Notes under the pieces: model-generated
Databases searched by the model: none
The model's input: only the letters and a program-made list of their open reading frames with translations
Told to the model about the DNA's origin: nothing
Part shown: positions 19,530 to 31,349 of the stretch, one piece after another
Layout of the letters: each line of letters begins with the position of its first letter
How positions within the stretch are numbered: position 1 is the stretch's first letter
Position numbers and translations under genes: made by a program
Virus record (IMG/VR): IMGVR_UViG_3300012984_000010
Reading direction: 5' to 3' (one strand)
DNA: 64,000 nucleotides
Origin: a virus
Lineage: Duplodnaviria; Caudoviricetes

Positions 19530-21233
19530 TCATCCTTCACAAGCAACGCATTCGTCTTTCGACCGTGAAGCCAAATCACCCTTGATCACCCCGTCAGTGC
19601 GTAGGTAATACAACGACTTCATGCCGCTTTCCCAGGCCGCCACATGAACCTCATGCAGGTACTTCGGATCTGAGTTGGAGCCGAAGAACAAGTTGATGGA
19701 CTGTCCCTGGTCTACCCATTTCTGTCGCTGAGCAGCCTGCTTGACGATTGCGTGTTGGTTGATCTCCCTAGCGGTCAGGAAGACGGATTTCTCCTGGTCA
19801 GTCAAACAGTCCAAGTGCTGAACGCTGCCAGAGGCTTCGTTAATGGACTTCCAAGTCTCGGCGTCGTTCTTGCCCTTGGTTTCCAAAAGTCGTTCCAGGA
19901 CACCGTTCTTTCGAATGAAAGTCCCCTTGGCAGATTTCTGGAAGTAGATGTTGGCAGAAAGAGGCTCCACACCTGCCGAGTGTCCCCCAGAGATGGTGGA
20001 ATTGGAGACAGTCGGAGCAACAGCCATCAAGTGAGTGTTTCTCCGGCCATGACCCCGACACCACTCCGGCTCGCCCAATTCCTCGGCCAATATTTTGGTC
20101 TCAGCTTCAGCCTGGGTCTTGATGGTGCGGAATATTTCCGCGTTCAGGGTCATGCTGCCATAACTATCGAAGGGGTAGGACATTTCCTGAAGCAAGGTAT
20201 GCCAGCCCAGAACACCGATACCCAAAGCCCGCCCTTTCAAGGCACTAGCTCTGGACGGCTCCAGACCTTTCACCCCGTCCGATTTCCGAACGTATTCCTC
20301 AATCACAGCGTCAAGGAAGCGGACCGTGGTGGCCACCACATCACTATCTTTCCACTCCCCCCACTTGACCAAATTCAGGCTGGACAGGCAGCAGACAAAG
20401 CTGTGATCTGGATCCGTGTGAAGGAATATTTCAGTGCAGATGTTTGAGGTCTTTACGCTGAGGCCGTTGTCCGTGTAGCACTTCGGGTTCTGCCGATTAA
20501 CGTTGTCGGTGAAGAACATGTAAGGCTCGCCTGTCTCCACGCGAGCCTTGAGTATTTCTACCCAAAGGTTCCGTTTGGTCCCGTCTCCTGCCAACATCGA
20601 CTTCATCCAGTCGTCTGTGATACAGATTCCGTGGTTGAGGTTGAGGCATCTGCGGTTCATATCCCCGACAGGGCGACGGATATTGAGGAATTCGTCGATG
20701 TCGCCGTGTTCGATGGGGAGGTACACAGCCGAGGCACCACGACGTGTACTACCTTGGTTGACGCTCAACGTGGTGGTGTCGTAGACCTTAGCCCAAGGGA
20801 TCACCCCCTCAGACTTGCCGTTCCCGTTGATCGAAGCACCACGGCCCCGGATGTCGCCCAAATAGATCCCCACCCCAGCGCCGTTCTTGGACAGCATTGC
20901 TAGTTCGTGGTTCTTCTGGAAGATGCTCGAAACACTGTCGTCGATATGGATCGAGTTACACGAAATCGGTAACCCTCTGGTAGTACCCATATTGCTCAGC
21001 ACCGGAGAAGCAGGGCAAAGCCAATTACGCCACATTGCTTCAAAGAACTTGCCCTCCCACTTATCTGCGTCTTGGTAGTAGCTGGCAGCCGCTTTAGCTA
21101 CACGACGGTACATGGTCTTGGGGGTTTCCTCTGGAAGCAAATAGCCCCCTTTCAAAGTGCGGAAACCCTCATCACCCATCCACTCAGGAGCTTCCCCATC
21201 AGCCTTCAGTTGTTCGAAAGTATTTTCCATCAT
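19530..21233 (-). CDS. nrdA: Ribonucleotide reductase class Ia alpha subunit (no ATP cone)
   Basis: PASPVLSN, SCN, SNICTEI, APT..., SLYYLR, C-terminal CVACEG. Confidence 0.95.
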   Translation of the reverse strand: MMENTFEQLKADGEAPEWMGDEGFRTLKGGYLLPEETPKTMYRRVAKAAASYYQDADKWEGKFFEAMWRNWLCPASPVLSNMGTTRGLPISCNSIHIDDSVSSIFQKNHELAMLSKNGAGVGIYLGDIRGRGASINGNGKSEGVIPWAKVYDTTTLSVNQGSTRRGASAVYLPIEHGDIDEFLNIRRPVGDMNRRCLNLNHGICITDDWMKSMLAGDGTKRNLWVEILKARVETGEPYMFFTDNVNRQNPKCYTDNGLSVKTSNICTEIFLHTDPDHSFVCCLSSLNLVKWGEWKDSDVVATTVRFLDAVIEEYVRKSDGVKGLEPSRASALKGRALGIGVLGWHTLLQEMSYPFDSYGSMTLNAEIFRTIKTQAEAETKILAEELGEPEWCRGHGRRNTHLMAVAPTVSNSTISGGHSAGVEPLSANIYFQKSAKGTFIRKNGVLERLLETKGKNDAETWKSINEASGSVQHLDCLTDQEKSVFLTAREINQHAIVKQAAQRQKWVDQGQSINLFFGSNSDPKYLHEVHVAAWESGMKSLYYLRTDGVIKGDLASRSKDECVACEG

Positions 21234-22192
21234 GTGTCCCAAATCTTAGAGAAATCCATAGAGCCTTTGGCGTAGTCGGTCGTCCGTTGAGCAAAGAAGT
21301 CCGTATGCGCCACGCCTGCACTCATGACATCGAACCAAGCCATCCGCTCCAAAGCTTCCTTGTCCAGGTTCTTCCAACGCTTCGCCAACCCCAAATCATT
21401 GAGTTTGGTGTTGGTCCGGAAACGGATGAAGTTCTTCATGTCTTTCACGTCCAACCCTTCCAACTGAGTATCCTCGAAGGCTTTCTCGATAAAATCGTCT
21501 TCCAGATCGACGGTAATCTTGGCGGCTTCGTAGATCTCCTCCTTCAGCTTGTCGGTAAGGATGCCTGGGTACTCTGAAACTAGAGTCCGGAACAGCCAGC
21601 AGCCGGCGTCAGAGTGGAGACTCTCGTCCTTGATCGAGAAGGCGATGATCTGACCTAACCCCTTCATCTTGTTGAAGCGGCTGAAGTTCAGCAAGATGGC
21701 GAAGCTAGAGAACAGATTAACACCTTCATTGAAGGCCGAGAAGATGGCCAATGATCTGGCTATTTCTTCCTTGGTCTTACCCTTGGTCTCAATCAGGCGA
21801 TCTATTTTCGCCTTCGCGGTGGGCTCGTAAAGAAAGGCCTCGAAGTCCTCCAGACCCAAAGATTGGTTCAAGTAGGCGTATGAGACCGCATGAATCGACT
21901 CGAAGCTGGCGAAAGTGGCCGCCATCATCTGTATTTCTGGCTTCTTGAACCACTTGCCGACCATCTGACTCCAGTACTCTTGGATGAACACTTCAGACTG
22001 AGTGAAGCCTTTCAGGATGTGTCCAACCGCATGGCGTTCGCCATCGGACAGGTTCATCTTCCAGTCATTGATATCCGAGGCCATCGACACCTCAGTGTGT
22101 AACCAATGGGACTGTTGTTGAAGCTCCCAATACGTGTATGCTTTCTGGTATTCGAATGGAGCGTAGGTGGCTCGTGGGGTGAGTAGCGTCAT
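21230..22192 (-). CDS. nrdB: Ribonucleotide reductase class I beta subunit
   Basis: W...E....D, ESIHAVSY, EG..LFSSF, DESLH, DFF...DY. Confidence 0.95.
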   Translation of the reverse strand: MTLLTPRATYAPFEYQKAYTYWELQQQSHWLHTEVSMASDINDWKMNLSDGERHAVGHILKGFTQSEVFIQEYWSQMVGKWFKKPEIQMMAATFASFESIHAVSYAYLNQSLGLEDFEAFLYEPTAKAKIDRLIETKGKTKEEIARSLAIFSAFNEGVNLFSSFAILLNFSRFNKMKGLGQIIAFSIKDESLHSDAGCWLFRTLVSEYPGILTDKLKEEIYEAAKITVDLEDDFIEKAFEDTQLEGLDVKDMKNFIRFRTNTKLNDLGLAKRWKNLDKEALERMAWFDVMSAGVAHTDFFAQRTTDYAKGSMDFSKIWDT

Positions 22193-22195
22193 CGG

Positions 22196-23158
22196 TCACT
22201 GATCCTTTACAATGGAAAGCACGGTGGTCTCAACCAGAGTCCTCTTGGATCTGATGGGCCCTCTCATCTGTGAATCTAATCTACATAGTTGGTTGAAATG
22301 CTTTCTCAACTTTGCCAGGGAGTACTTGCGAGCCAGCGGGATCAAGTATTCCTGACAACGCCGTTCTTTCATGTCGAATCGAATGGCTATGATGGACGCA
22401 GAATCCCCCCGTTCCAACATCTGCCTAGTGACCAACACTTGTTCCACACGCTTCAACAGGGCGGCCACAAGGGGGATGTTGGCGTCGTCACCCATCTTCT
22501 CGTACAGGAAGGATAGATCGCGCATCGCAGCTTTGGAATTCCTGCTGATGACGTGGTCTGCTACCTGGAATGGCTCCAACGGCTTGTCTGGAGCCACTAT
22601 TTGCACAACATGCTTCTTGGTTACGAATCCGTCTTTCACCAGATATCGGAGCTTACCTAGTTCATTGTAGATCCCAAACAGGTTGTCTCCCAAGAAATTG
22701 ATCAAAGCATCGATGGCTTCTTCATCCAGATTCAACAAGAGTCTCTGAGCTTCATCTACGATTCGTTTTCGATACCCCTTGATGTCCCATGGAGGCAACT
22801 TCATGTGAGACGAGACGGTCGCCAGTTTAGCTACCGCCGTCCAAGATGCGGGTAATTTCGCCTTGTGGATAACTGCTGTCACTACCGACAGGGAAGAACC
22901 GTCCTCTTCAATCGAGGTCTTCAATAAGCCCTCCAGTTTGACCTCATCCGCCTCATCAATCACGATGTGTCGGCCCACTCCGAACATGGGTTGAGTCTCG
23001 CGCAAGGAAACTATTTGGGATTCCTTGGTCTCGCCACCTTCAAGGAAGCTGGGTTCTCTGCCTTTGAGAGCTTCCTTGTGCGCAGTTACCGCCCGATTCA
23101 GCAGCACTTCCTCATCACCACAAAATACATAGAGGGGGCTTAAGCCTTTTCCAGCCAT
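22196..23158 (-). CDS. holA: DNA polymerase III delta subunit-like
   Basis: PLYVFCGDE..L, QPMFG.GR.IVI, G.NL..IYNELGKL, size and context. Confidence 0.75.
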   Translation of the reverse strand: MAGKGLSPLYVFCGDEEVLLNRAVTAHKEALKGREPSFLEGGETKESQIVSLRETQPMFGVGRHIVIDEADEVKLEGLLKTSIEEDGSSLSVVTAVIHKAKLPASWTAVAKLATVSSHMKLPPWDIKGYRKRIVDEAQRLLLNLDEEAIDALINFLGDNLFGIYNELGKLRYLVKDGFVTKKHVVQIVAPDKPLEPFQVADHVISRNSKAAMRDLSFLYEKMGDDANIPLVAALLKRVEQVLVTRQMLERGDSASIIAIRFDMKERRCQEYLIPLARKYSLAKLRKHFNQLCRLDSQMRGPIRSKRTLVETTVLSIVKDQ

Positions 23159-23159
23159 A

Positions 23160-24119
23160 TCAACGCTCCGAGATAGCCACGCAGAAGCAATTCTTGATCT
23201 GGTACGCCAGATTGGGTTTACTCGGCAGGCGCTCTTGCACTACATTGATTTCTCGACGCAAGGCAGCCAAACGAATCGGTCCTAGTCTTTCCCTCAACAG
23301 TGTCAATTCCTCGTGAAGATCCATGTTGGCTATACGTTCGGGGGCGTAAGATATTAGGTAAAGGTCGGTAACGATACGTTCTAGAAACTGAAAAGCGAGG
23401 ATCAATTCGGCCGATTTCTTCTCGGTTGCCAACTCGTCAATGGCTGAGAACAGAGTAGACAGGTCACCCGTCACGGCTGTTTTGAGAAGAGCCATTACAC
23501 GATTACGAAAAATTATCCGATTCGATCCTAAGTACTGCACTGCGCGGCCAACGGAGCCCTCTGAAAGGCGAGTGTAGACAGTCGCCTTGGTTGAATCGTC
23601 CGTCAGCTGGCTCAATGCGGCGCTAATAAATGGTTCACTCAGTCGATTGTACCGGACTACCCCACATCGAGAGATTATCGTTGGGATCACTTTTTCCAAA
23701 GAATTAGAGATCAGCAAGAACCTCGTATTTTTTGGAGGTTCTTCCAAAACCTTCAGTATGGCGTTGGCCGCCCCCTCGGACAACCGATCAGCACCGTCGA
23801 CAACTATGTAACGACGTCGCGCAACTGAAGGGTGGAGGGTAGCTTCCGTCAATGCTTCGCGCATCTCATCCACCCCAATGTCTTTCCCCAAATCTGGGGT
23901 CAAGATAATGAGGTCCGGATGGGTTCCACGATCCACTTGCAGACACTGGTTGTCGCCAGGGTCCCCGCCAGAGAAGTCTTCTTTGATGGCAGCCATCACT
24001 GAGAAGCGTTTACCTACTCCTTCAGGGCCTACCAACAGCAGGGGTATCTTACATTCGTTCGCCACTACCCTTTTGAGGTAGGCAACGCCCTTATCCTGTT
24101 CCCGAACCTCGCTCAACAA
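23160..24119 (-). CDS. holB: DNA polymerase III delta-prime subunit
   Basis: GPEGVGK, HPD, AANAILKVLEEPP, PTIISRC. Confidence 0.9.
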   Translation of the reverse strand: MLSEVREQDKGVAYLKRVVANECKIPLLLVGPEGVGKRFSVMAAIKEDFSGGDPGDNQCLQVDRGTHPDLIILTPDLGKDIGVDEMREALTEATLHPSVARRRYIVVDGADRLSEGAANAILKVLEEPPKNTRFLLISNSLEKVIPTIISRCGVVRYNRLSEPFISAALSQLTDDSTKATVYTRLSEGSVGRAVQYLGSNRIIFRNRVMALLKTAVTGDLSTLFSAIDELATEKKSAELILAFQFLERIVTDLYLISYAPERIANMDLHEELTLLRERLGPIRLAALRREINVVQERLPSKPNLAYQIKNCFCVAISER

Positions 24120-24297
24120 CTGACGCCTCCAAAAGAGCCGTGTCTTTAGGAGTCTCTACTGGAACTAACTGCATGACTGCAAAGTAGTGTTGCTTGCAGT
24201 CCGTGCATTCAAATCTGTAGGACTCTTTACCTGTCGGCTTCAGAGTACCCCTACACCGTAAACAACGCATCCCATCGTGTTTTTCAGACACGATCAA
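24091..24297 (-). CDS. Small Zn-ribbon protein
   Basis: CLRC ... CTDC. Confidence 0.55.
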   Translation of the reverse strand: MIVSEKHDGMRCLRCRGTLKPTGKESYRFECTDCKQHYFAVMQLVPVETPKDTALLEASVVERGSGTG

Positions 24298-25084
24298 CCA
24301 GCATGTTGTTGCTGAGAAACTCGTACACCGTGGAGTACGGAGCGACCTGTTGCAACACCCCCGCCTCAGCTTGTTGTCGAGTGGCTTCCAAGTTCTTCGC
24401 TACGTAGGAACGGTTCCAGCTCATGTAGTAGAAGGCTGGTCCAACGAACAGCTCAGGAAAGATCCATTCCACATCATGAGTTTTTTGGATCCATTGTCTG
24501 ATCGCCACCTCCATACCGTAACCCCGGAGTTCCCAACCGACCCTCCAAGGGGCGGGCCAAGGAGCTGCCATTACGGCTGATGCGAGTATGAGTGCCGACC
24601 ACCATCCTGTTTGTGCACACCCTATAGCAAAAAATGACATGAGGACGAAGCCCAGGACGAATCCCGCCAGCTTGTCAGACAGCTTGAAGATTAGACAAGC
24701 AGCCAAGTACCCCAACACAGGGATGGCCAAAGTCATAACGTGATCTCTGGACACCCAACCGTACAGAGCCAAAGGTAGTACTGCTAGAATCTGGGGGAAC
24801 AGATACGAAATCTTGAACCATCGATTCCGATTAGTATCGTAGATCCTGGTGTAGGCGTGAGCCAGGTCCCTAATCGAAAGTTCTGGGTTGCTCAGATACC
24901 ATTCACGTGTCGTAAAATACACGGTGGTGCCAACAACAGTGCACCAATAACGATACTTTGGGCTAAACACCATCAAAGCACGAAGGACTCTGAAGAACAA
25001 GGATTCGTTCTTGAACCGAACCTTCAGAGTAGGCATCTCAGTTCGGAGATGCTCTTCAAATCGATCCAAGACTTGTGGGTCCAT
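24284..25084 (-). CDS. Membrane protein, possibly metalloprotease-derived
   Basis: Several hydrophobic segments; LAHAYT..YD and WELRGY resemble HExxH...E zincins with the Glu lost. Confidence 0.55.
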   Translation of the reverse strand: MDPQVLDRFEEHLRTEMPTLKVRFKNESLFFRVLRALMVFSPKYRYWCTVVGTTVYFTTREWYLSNPELSIRDLAHAYTRIYDTNRNRWFKISYLFPQILAVLPLALYGWVSRDHVMTLAIPVLGYLAACLIFKLSDKLAGFVLGFVLMSFFAIGCAQTGWWSALILASAVMAAPWPAPWRVGWELRGYGMEVAIRQWIQKTHDVEWIFPELFVGPAFYYMSWNRSYVAKNLEATRQQAEAGVLQQVAPYSTVYEFLSNNMLVDRV

Positions 25085-25087
25085 GGC

Positions 25088-25303
25088 TCAAATATTGAGG
25101 TATCCGCCGACCTGAACCGAAGAGGGTCTGCCACATTTGGTACAACGATAAACCCTCTGGCCTGTGTGTACCTGCCCCTCAATACGAATTTCCGTGGCTT
25201 CCATCGAATCACATGTCTCTTCTTTGCAACGCATGAAGTGGACCGGTTCTTTGGGGGTTTCAGGAATGAGTCCTGGGGCTGTTCCTTTGTGATCGATACT
25301 CAT
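25088..25303 (-). CDS. Small Zn-ribbon protein
   Basis: C....C and YRCTKC (TFIIS/RpoM-like spacing). Confidence 0.55.
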   Translation of the reverse strand: MSIDHKGTAPGLIPETPKEPVHFMRCKEETCDSMEATEIRIEGQVHTGQRVYRCTKCGRPSSVQVGGYLNI

Positions 25304-25307
25304 CTGT

Positions 25308-25697
25308 TTACTCCGGAAATAGTGGTGTCAGGACACCCAACACATGGACATAGTATGGATCGTTGGGGCTGAGAAGGGTCAAAGAATAGGAAACATTTGG
25401 GTCATTGTACCCATTGGGAGTCATGGGGAACAACAATGGATCCAAGGTACCATCCTTGATGTAAGGTTCAATCTTGGCCCAATCACTAGCTAGGATTTGA
25501 ACTGCCAATCCTGACCCTTTGAGAAATACGTACGGGATCTCTTTAGTGGTCCCCAGCGTTACCGATACTTGTTTTCGATACAACCCAACGATCGCCCTAG
25601 CGACATCCGGCAAAAGGGCGGCCCTCAATGCTGTGGGTCTTTGACCCCAGATCTGGAAAAGGCGGTTGTCCACCTCTTCCAGATCCGACAAGTACAA
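25308..25697 (-). CDS. Hypothetical protein
   Basis: 129 aa ORF coupled to groEL. Confidence 0.55.
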   Translation of the reverse strand: MYLSDLEEVDNRLFQIWGQRPTALRAALLPDVARAIVGLYRKQVSVTLGTTKEIPYVFLKGSGLAVQILASDWAKIEPYIKDGTLDPLLFPMTPNGYNDPNVSYSLTLLSPNDPYYVHVLGVLTPLFPE

Positions 25698-25699
25698 TC

Positions 25700-27706
<2,007 letters not shown>

Positions 27707-27707
<1 letters not shown>

Positions 27708-28282
27708 CAGGAGTTCAGATCGGAACGGCCCAACATATTGATGAACAGCAAACCTTGTTCCCGAGCGTCATCAATAGCCACATGTGTATGTGGTGGCAAC
27801 CCTTTGAACCAAGACTTCGGCATGTTACGCTTCGTAGTTTGGCGGTAAGGAGTCCCCAAGATCGCCATCGCGTAGGATTTAACATCCAAGCACGAGAAGC
27901 TGAATGGACTGTAGCCGCCGAAACGAATCAAATACCAGTAGAGGAAAAGGTAATCAAAGCCGGCCGGATAGGCAACACAAACAGGTGAGCTGTTCTGTCC
28001 TACCGATACTTTACTGACCCACTCTCGGAACAGATTCAAGGCGTGCTCCGGAGCCTGAGGGTCTTTACGGCAGGCTTCCCATACGGCAGTTGGTTGGGAC
28101 CCCCACCATTTCATCGTATCTGGGTGGCCTGCCGAACCTTCAAGTAGTTCCAGGTTGACAGAGAAAGCGTCTATTTCCTTACCTGACGGCAAGAAAGCTA
28201 CCGCGCCCAAACTCAGCATCGAGTGAGGGCCAGGAATCGGACCATCGGTCTCGATGTCGACACTGATGTATATTTCTGACAT
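27707..28282 (-). CDS. DEDDh 3'-5' exonuclease
   Basis: SVDIETDG, PAGFD..F, HVAIDDA. Confidence 0.85.
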
Positions 28283-28291
28283 ACGTCGGAC

Positions 28292-28573
28292 TTACACCGG
28301 TCTGGTCAAGTGTTGTAGCCGCTTCAGAACTTCATCTCGCATATTCGGTCCGTACGAGTCCGCGATGGCCGGATCCAACATCGAAAGGATGCGCTCTGTC
28401 TTCATTCCGGCTTCTACAGCTTCGAGGGCGAAGGCAGTCCAATCAGGAATGACTTCACGCTCCTCAAGAAATGAGAACGTCACCTCAAGAGGGACTCCAG
28501 TAGTTTCGTAGAAACGGTAGACTCCAGCTACAACAGTCTTGCCGTCCACCGTCCTGCCAACTACCTCAAGCAT
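28292..28573 (-). CDS. Small protein resembling an alanyl-tRNA synthetase helical segment
   Basis: GVYRFYETTGVPLEVT..LEERE...DW..F parallels AlaRS AFKLYDTYGFPLELT..A.ERG..VD..GF. Confidence 0.5.
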   Translation of the reverse strand: MLEVVGRTVDGKTVVAGVYRFYETTGVPLEVTFSFLEEREVIPDWTAFALEAVEAGMKTERILSMLDPAIADSYGPNMRDEVLKRLQHLTRPV

Positions 28574-30665
28574 CTACCTCATCGCCCAAAATCTGGATGA
28601 CCTTATGGTGAGTGACTTTACCGTCTCTGACTCGAAGACCGTCCAAACCCATGCCTGATTCCCACGTCACCACCAAGTCGGCCGTCCCTTCAAAAATAGG
28701 GAGGATTTCCTCCCAAAGAGCCTCTAAGTTACCGCTGCCTGACCCACCCCAAGGGATCCGACGAGGGTATATGAACTTACCCCTAACCTTACCCCACTCG
28801 GTATAGCGTTCGAACGGATGAATCTCTGGATACTCAACCTGAGACTCTAAAGCTTCCAGTGCAGCAATAGAGACTCGGAAGTTGGTGCTTGAGATGATCT
28901 CAATCGATTCAACGTGGCTGCTCATAAGATTTCTTCATGTTTTGAATGAACTCTAGGGCTTCGGAAGACTCGAACTTAGTGTAATCCGCGTTAATCAAGA
29001 TTGTATTCTCTCGTCCGAAGACTGCTCGTAGCCTTCTTCCTAGTTCAGTGCGGATCGGGATATTCTGCAGAGCAGGACGAGACCTCATCTGAACAACAAC
29101 TTGAGCAGATAAAGGACCCCGCCCAATCCGCCCAAGAACATGAATACAGGCACCACGATGCGAATCAACTGTCCAGCCCGTTCAACGCTAGCGTCATAGT
29201 CGTTGAACGCTGCATTGAACATCGCCAACGCTTTCGAGACATCCTGTGCTCTGAGAGCTTTGCCAATCGCTTCCAAAGCGACAGTTTGATTTACGGTAGG
29301 AGCGTAACGCTCCATCCATTCTTGGAATCCTTCCAAGTCTGACTCTACAATCAGTTGTCGGCCGCTCGAAAGAACCTCTGAAGACAGTCTAGCCATGCGG
29401 GTGCTTTACACCGAGCGTCCTTGATTTCAGCCACTTGGATTTGGGTTTGATCCACAACAGAAAAGGGGCCGCCATCGAAAGAGGCCAACTGACCAGAGCT
29501 GTGAATCCCAATAGGTTGGGGTCTAGATGCGGTCCTACAAGCACGATGAAGCCGATCAGGAGCGCGGTCGTGAGGATGACGGAAGGCACCCAAATCTTCC
29601 CCACATAGGCTTGATAGTCCCGCTCATCTTGACGTTGTTCAGGCGTCAGAGAATTGAACCAACATGCTCGGCGTTCACGAGCTTCAGCATTTCGACGAGA
29701 CCACCCTACCAATGAAACCTCCGGAAACTCTTCTTGAGCCAGCGTTCTTTCATGAATGGGCGATTGGCCCACCAACGCCATAAGTTGGGTGCCACCTTGT
29801 AGACGAGGCTGCCTGCCAGGTGCCACCAATTGTTGACCCAACTACCGCAGTCACACAGACGGCAATCGGGGTCATGGTGGCGGTGCTTGGAGCATACAGA
29901 GTACCAATCGTAACGCCAAGGGCCCCAGCCGCGAGTGGGTAGGCGATTCATGAATCTACGGGTTCGTCTTCAGGTCCAGGGTCTGTGGGTGCGTCTTCAG
30001 GTTCAGGTGGTGGGACCGCTGCTTCCAGCTTCTTCGAGAGGGTTACGATCTCCGCTGATGTGAGGTAGCGGAAAGCCCCTTGCTTCATGAAGACACCAAC
30101 CACGTCTTCTCTTTCGTAGACGGCCAAGGTCTTCAACGCCGCACCCACTGCCCGCATCTCACGTTCATTGAGCATTAATCACTCTACACCACCGAAATTG
30201 ATCTTTCTGAACGTTCTACCTAGGCAGTCAATTTGTGAGCTTCTCGTTGCCAATAGTGTGAAGCCATCGGAGAACTTCCGCGCCCAGATCGCCGTTCACT
30301 GACCCATCCCAGCCCAACATCTGACCCTTGCCGGCATAATGGCCGCGAGCAACCTGCCTAGTTTCAAGGGTGTCTACATGGAAAGCAGTGACAGAACTTT
30401 GAGCTAGGGCGTAGCGCACTAGATAAGGCTCGGTTCGAACCTGAATCAGACCTCTAACTACGCCGGTCGGTTCCAACGTCGAATCAAGCTCATCGATCAG
30501 CCTGTAGTAGCGAGTGTTGTTTGGGATCGTGAACTTGTGTGGGGTGCTCACGTTTCCACAAATGACCGTACCAGTGGCAAACTCTTTGAGAGGCGTGGGG
30601 TACAACTTCTTGCAGACGAGACACAGAAGCGACAACGGTTCCATCTCACCTTTGGTTGGCATCAC
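28566..30665 (-). other. Cluster of small hypothetical ORFs (28566-28925, 29085-29396, 29389-29841, 29706-29951, 29948-30175, 30228-30665)
   Basis: Tightly packed minus-strand ORFs; several are preceded by the GGTGTA motif; two have hydrophobic segments. Confidence 0.5.
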
Positions 30666-31326
30666 CCTGACCTACACCGAAGTCTTGCCTAGCATCAGGT
30701 AATTTACAGGCAAAGTCCAGCTGAATGCCCGTCAATCTACGCAAATCTGCTAAAACTAGTTCCATCTCCTCCACTGTGGCATTCGATTTCAAGGTATTAG
30801 CACGGTAAGAGATAACTCTGATGTTACCTCGTGTATACCCACCATGTGGATCAATACGATCTACACTTGGACTATCCGGCAATGGTCCCTGTCGGCCGCG
30901 ACGAGGAGATATCACCAAAGGGATTCCAAGGACGGGGCAAATCGAAGGTATTTGGATGTCTTCAACCACTAGATCGAAAGGTAAGGCTTCCTTCTTGGCC
31001 CTCGCTCTCAATCTCCACAGGATTTCCAATTCAGGGCGAGTTTGTCGCAGATTTTGGTAAAAGTCCTGATTGTACGCGATGATTTGAGCCTTATGTGTCT
31101 GATAGTACAAAGCATGTGCAGCAGCCGCCTTGGACTTATTCTTCTCTCGGTACTCCTTCCGTTGAGGGGCATCCGCGGCTCTTTTTTCTGCTTCACAGGA
31201 TTTGCATCTGGACCTAAATCGACCCTTAGCCTCCTCTCCTCGCGGGTAAAAAGCGCCTGTAGGTTTAGTCTGTTTACAACTGGAGCATACTTTCGAGGGC
31301 ACCCTCATGCACGCATCGTTTTCCAT
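30646..31326 (-). CDS. HNH (His-Me finger) homing endonuclease-like
   Basis: N-terminal CSSC..F...C..C; SPSVDRIDP..GYTRGNIRVIS..AN..K. Confidence 0.8.
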   Translation of the reverse strand: MENDACMRVPSKVCSSCKQTKPTGAFYPRGEEAKGRFRSRCKSCEAEKRAADAPQRKEYREKNKSKAAAAHALYYQTHKAQIIAYNQDFYQNLRQTRPELEILWRLRARAKKEALPFDLVVEDIQIPSICPVLGIPLVISPRRGRQGPLPDSPSVDRIDPHGGYTRGNIRVISYRANTLKSNATVEEMELVLADLRRLTGIQLDFACKLPDARQDFGVGQGDANQR

Positions 31327-31349
31327 GCATGAGGGTGCTCATAAGCAAA

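Noticed and set aside
19530-22192. Inteins or introns in nrdA/nrdB, recA or ligA
   Set aside because: Protein lengths are normal, and no intein motifs or interruptions were seen.
24253-24258. GGTGTA motif copy near holB
   Set aside because: It lies within the codons for the C-L-R-C Zn knuckle and is probably coincidental.
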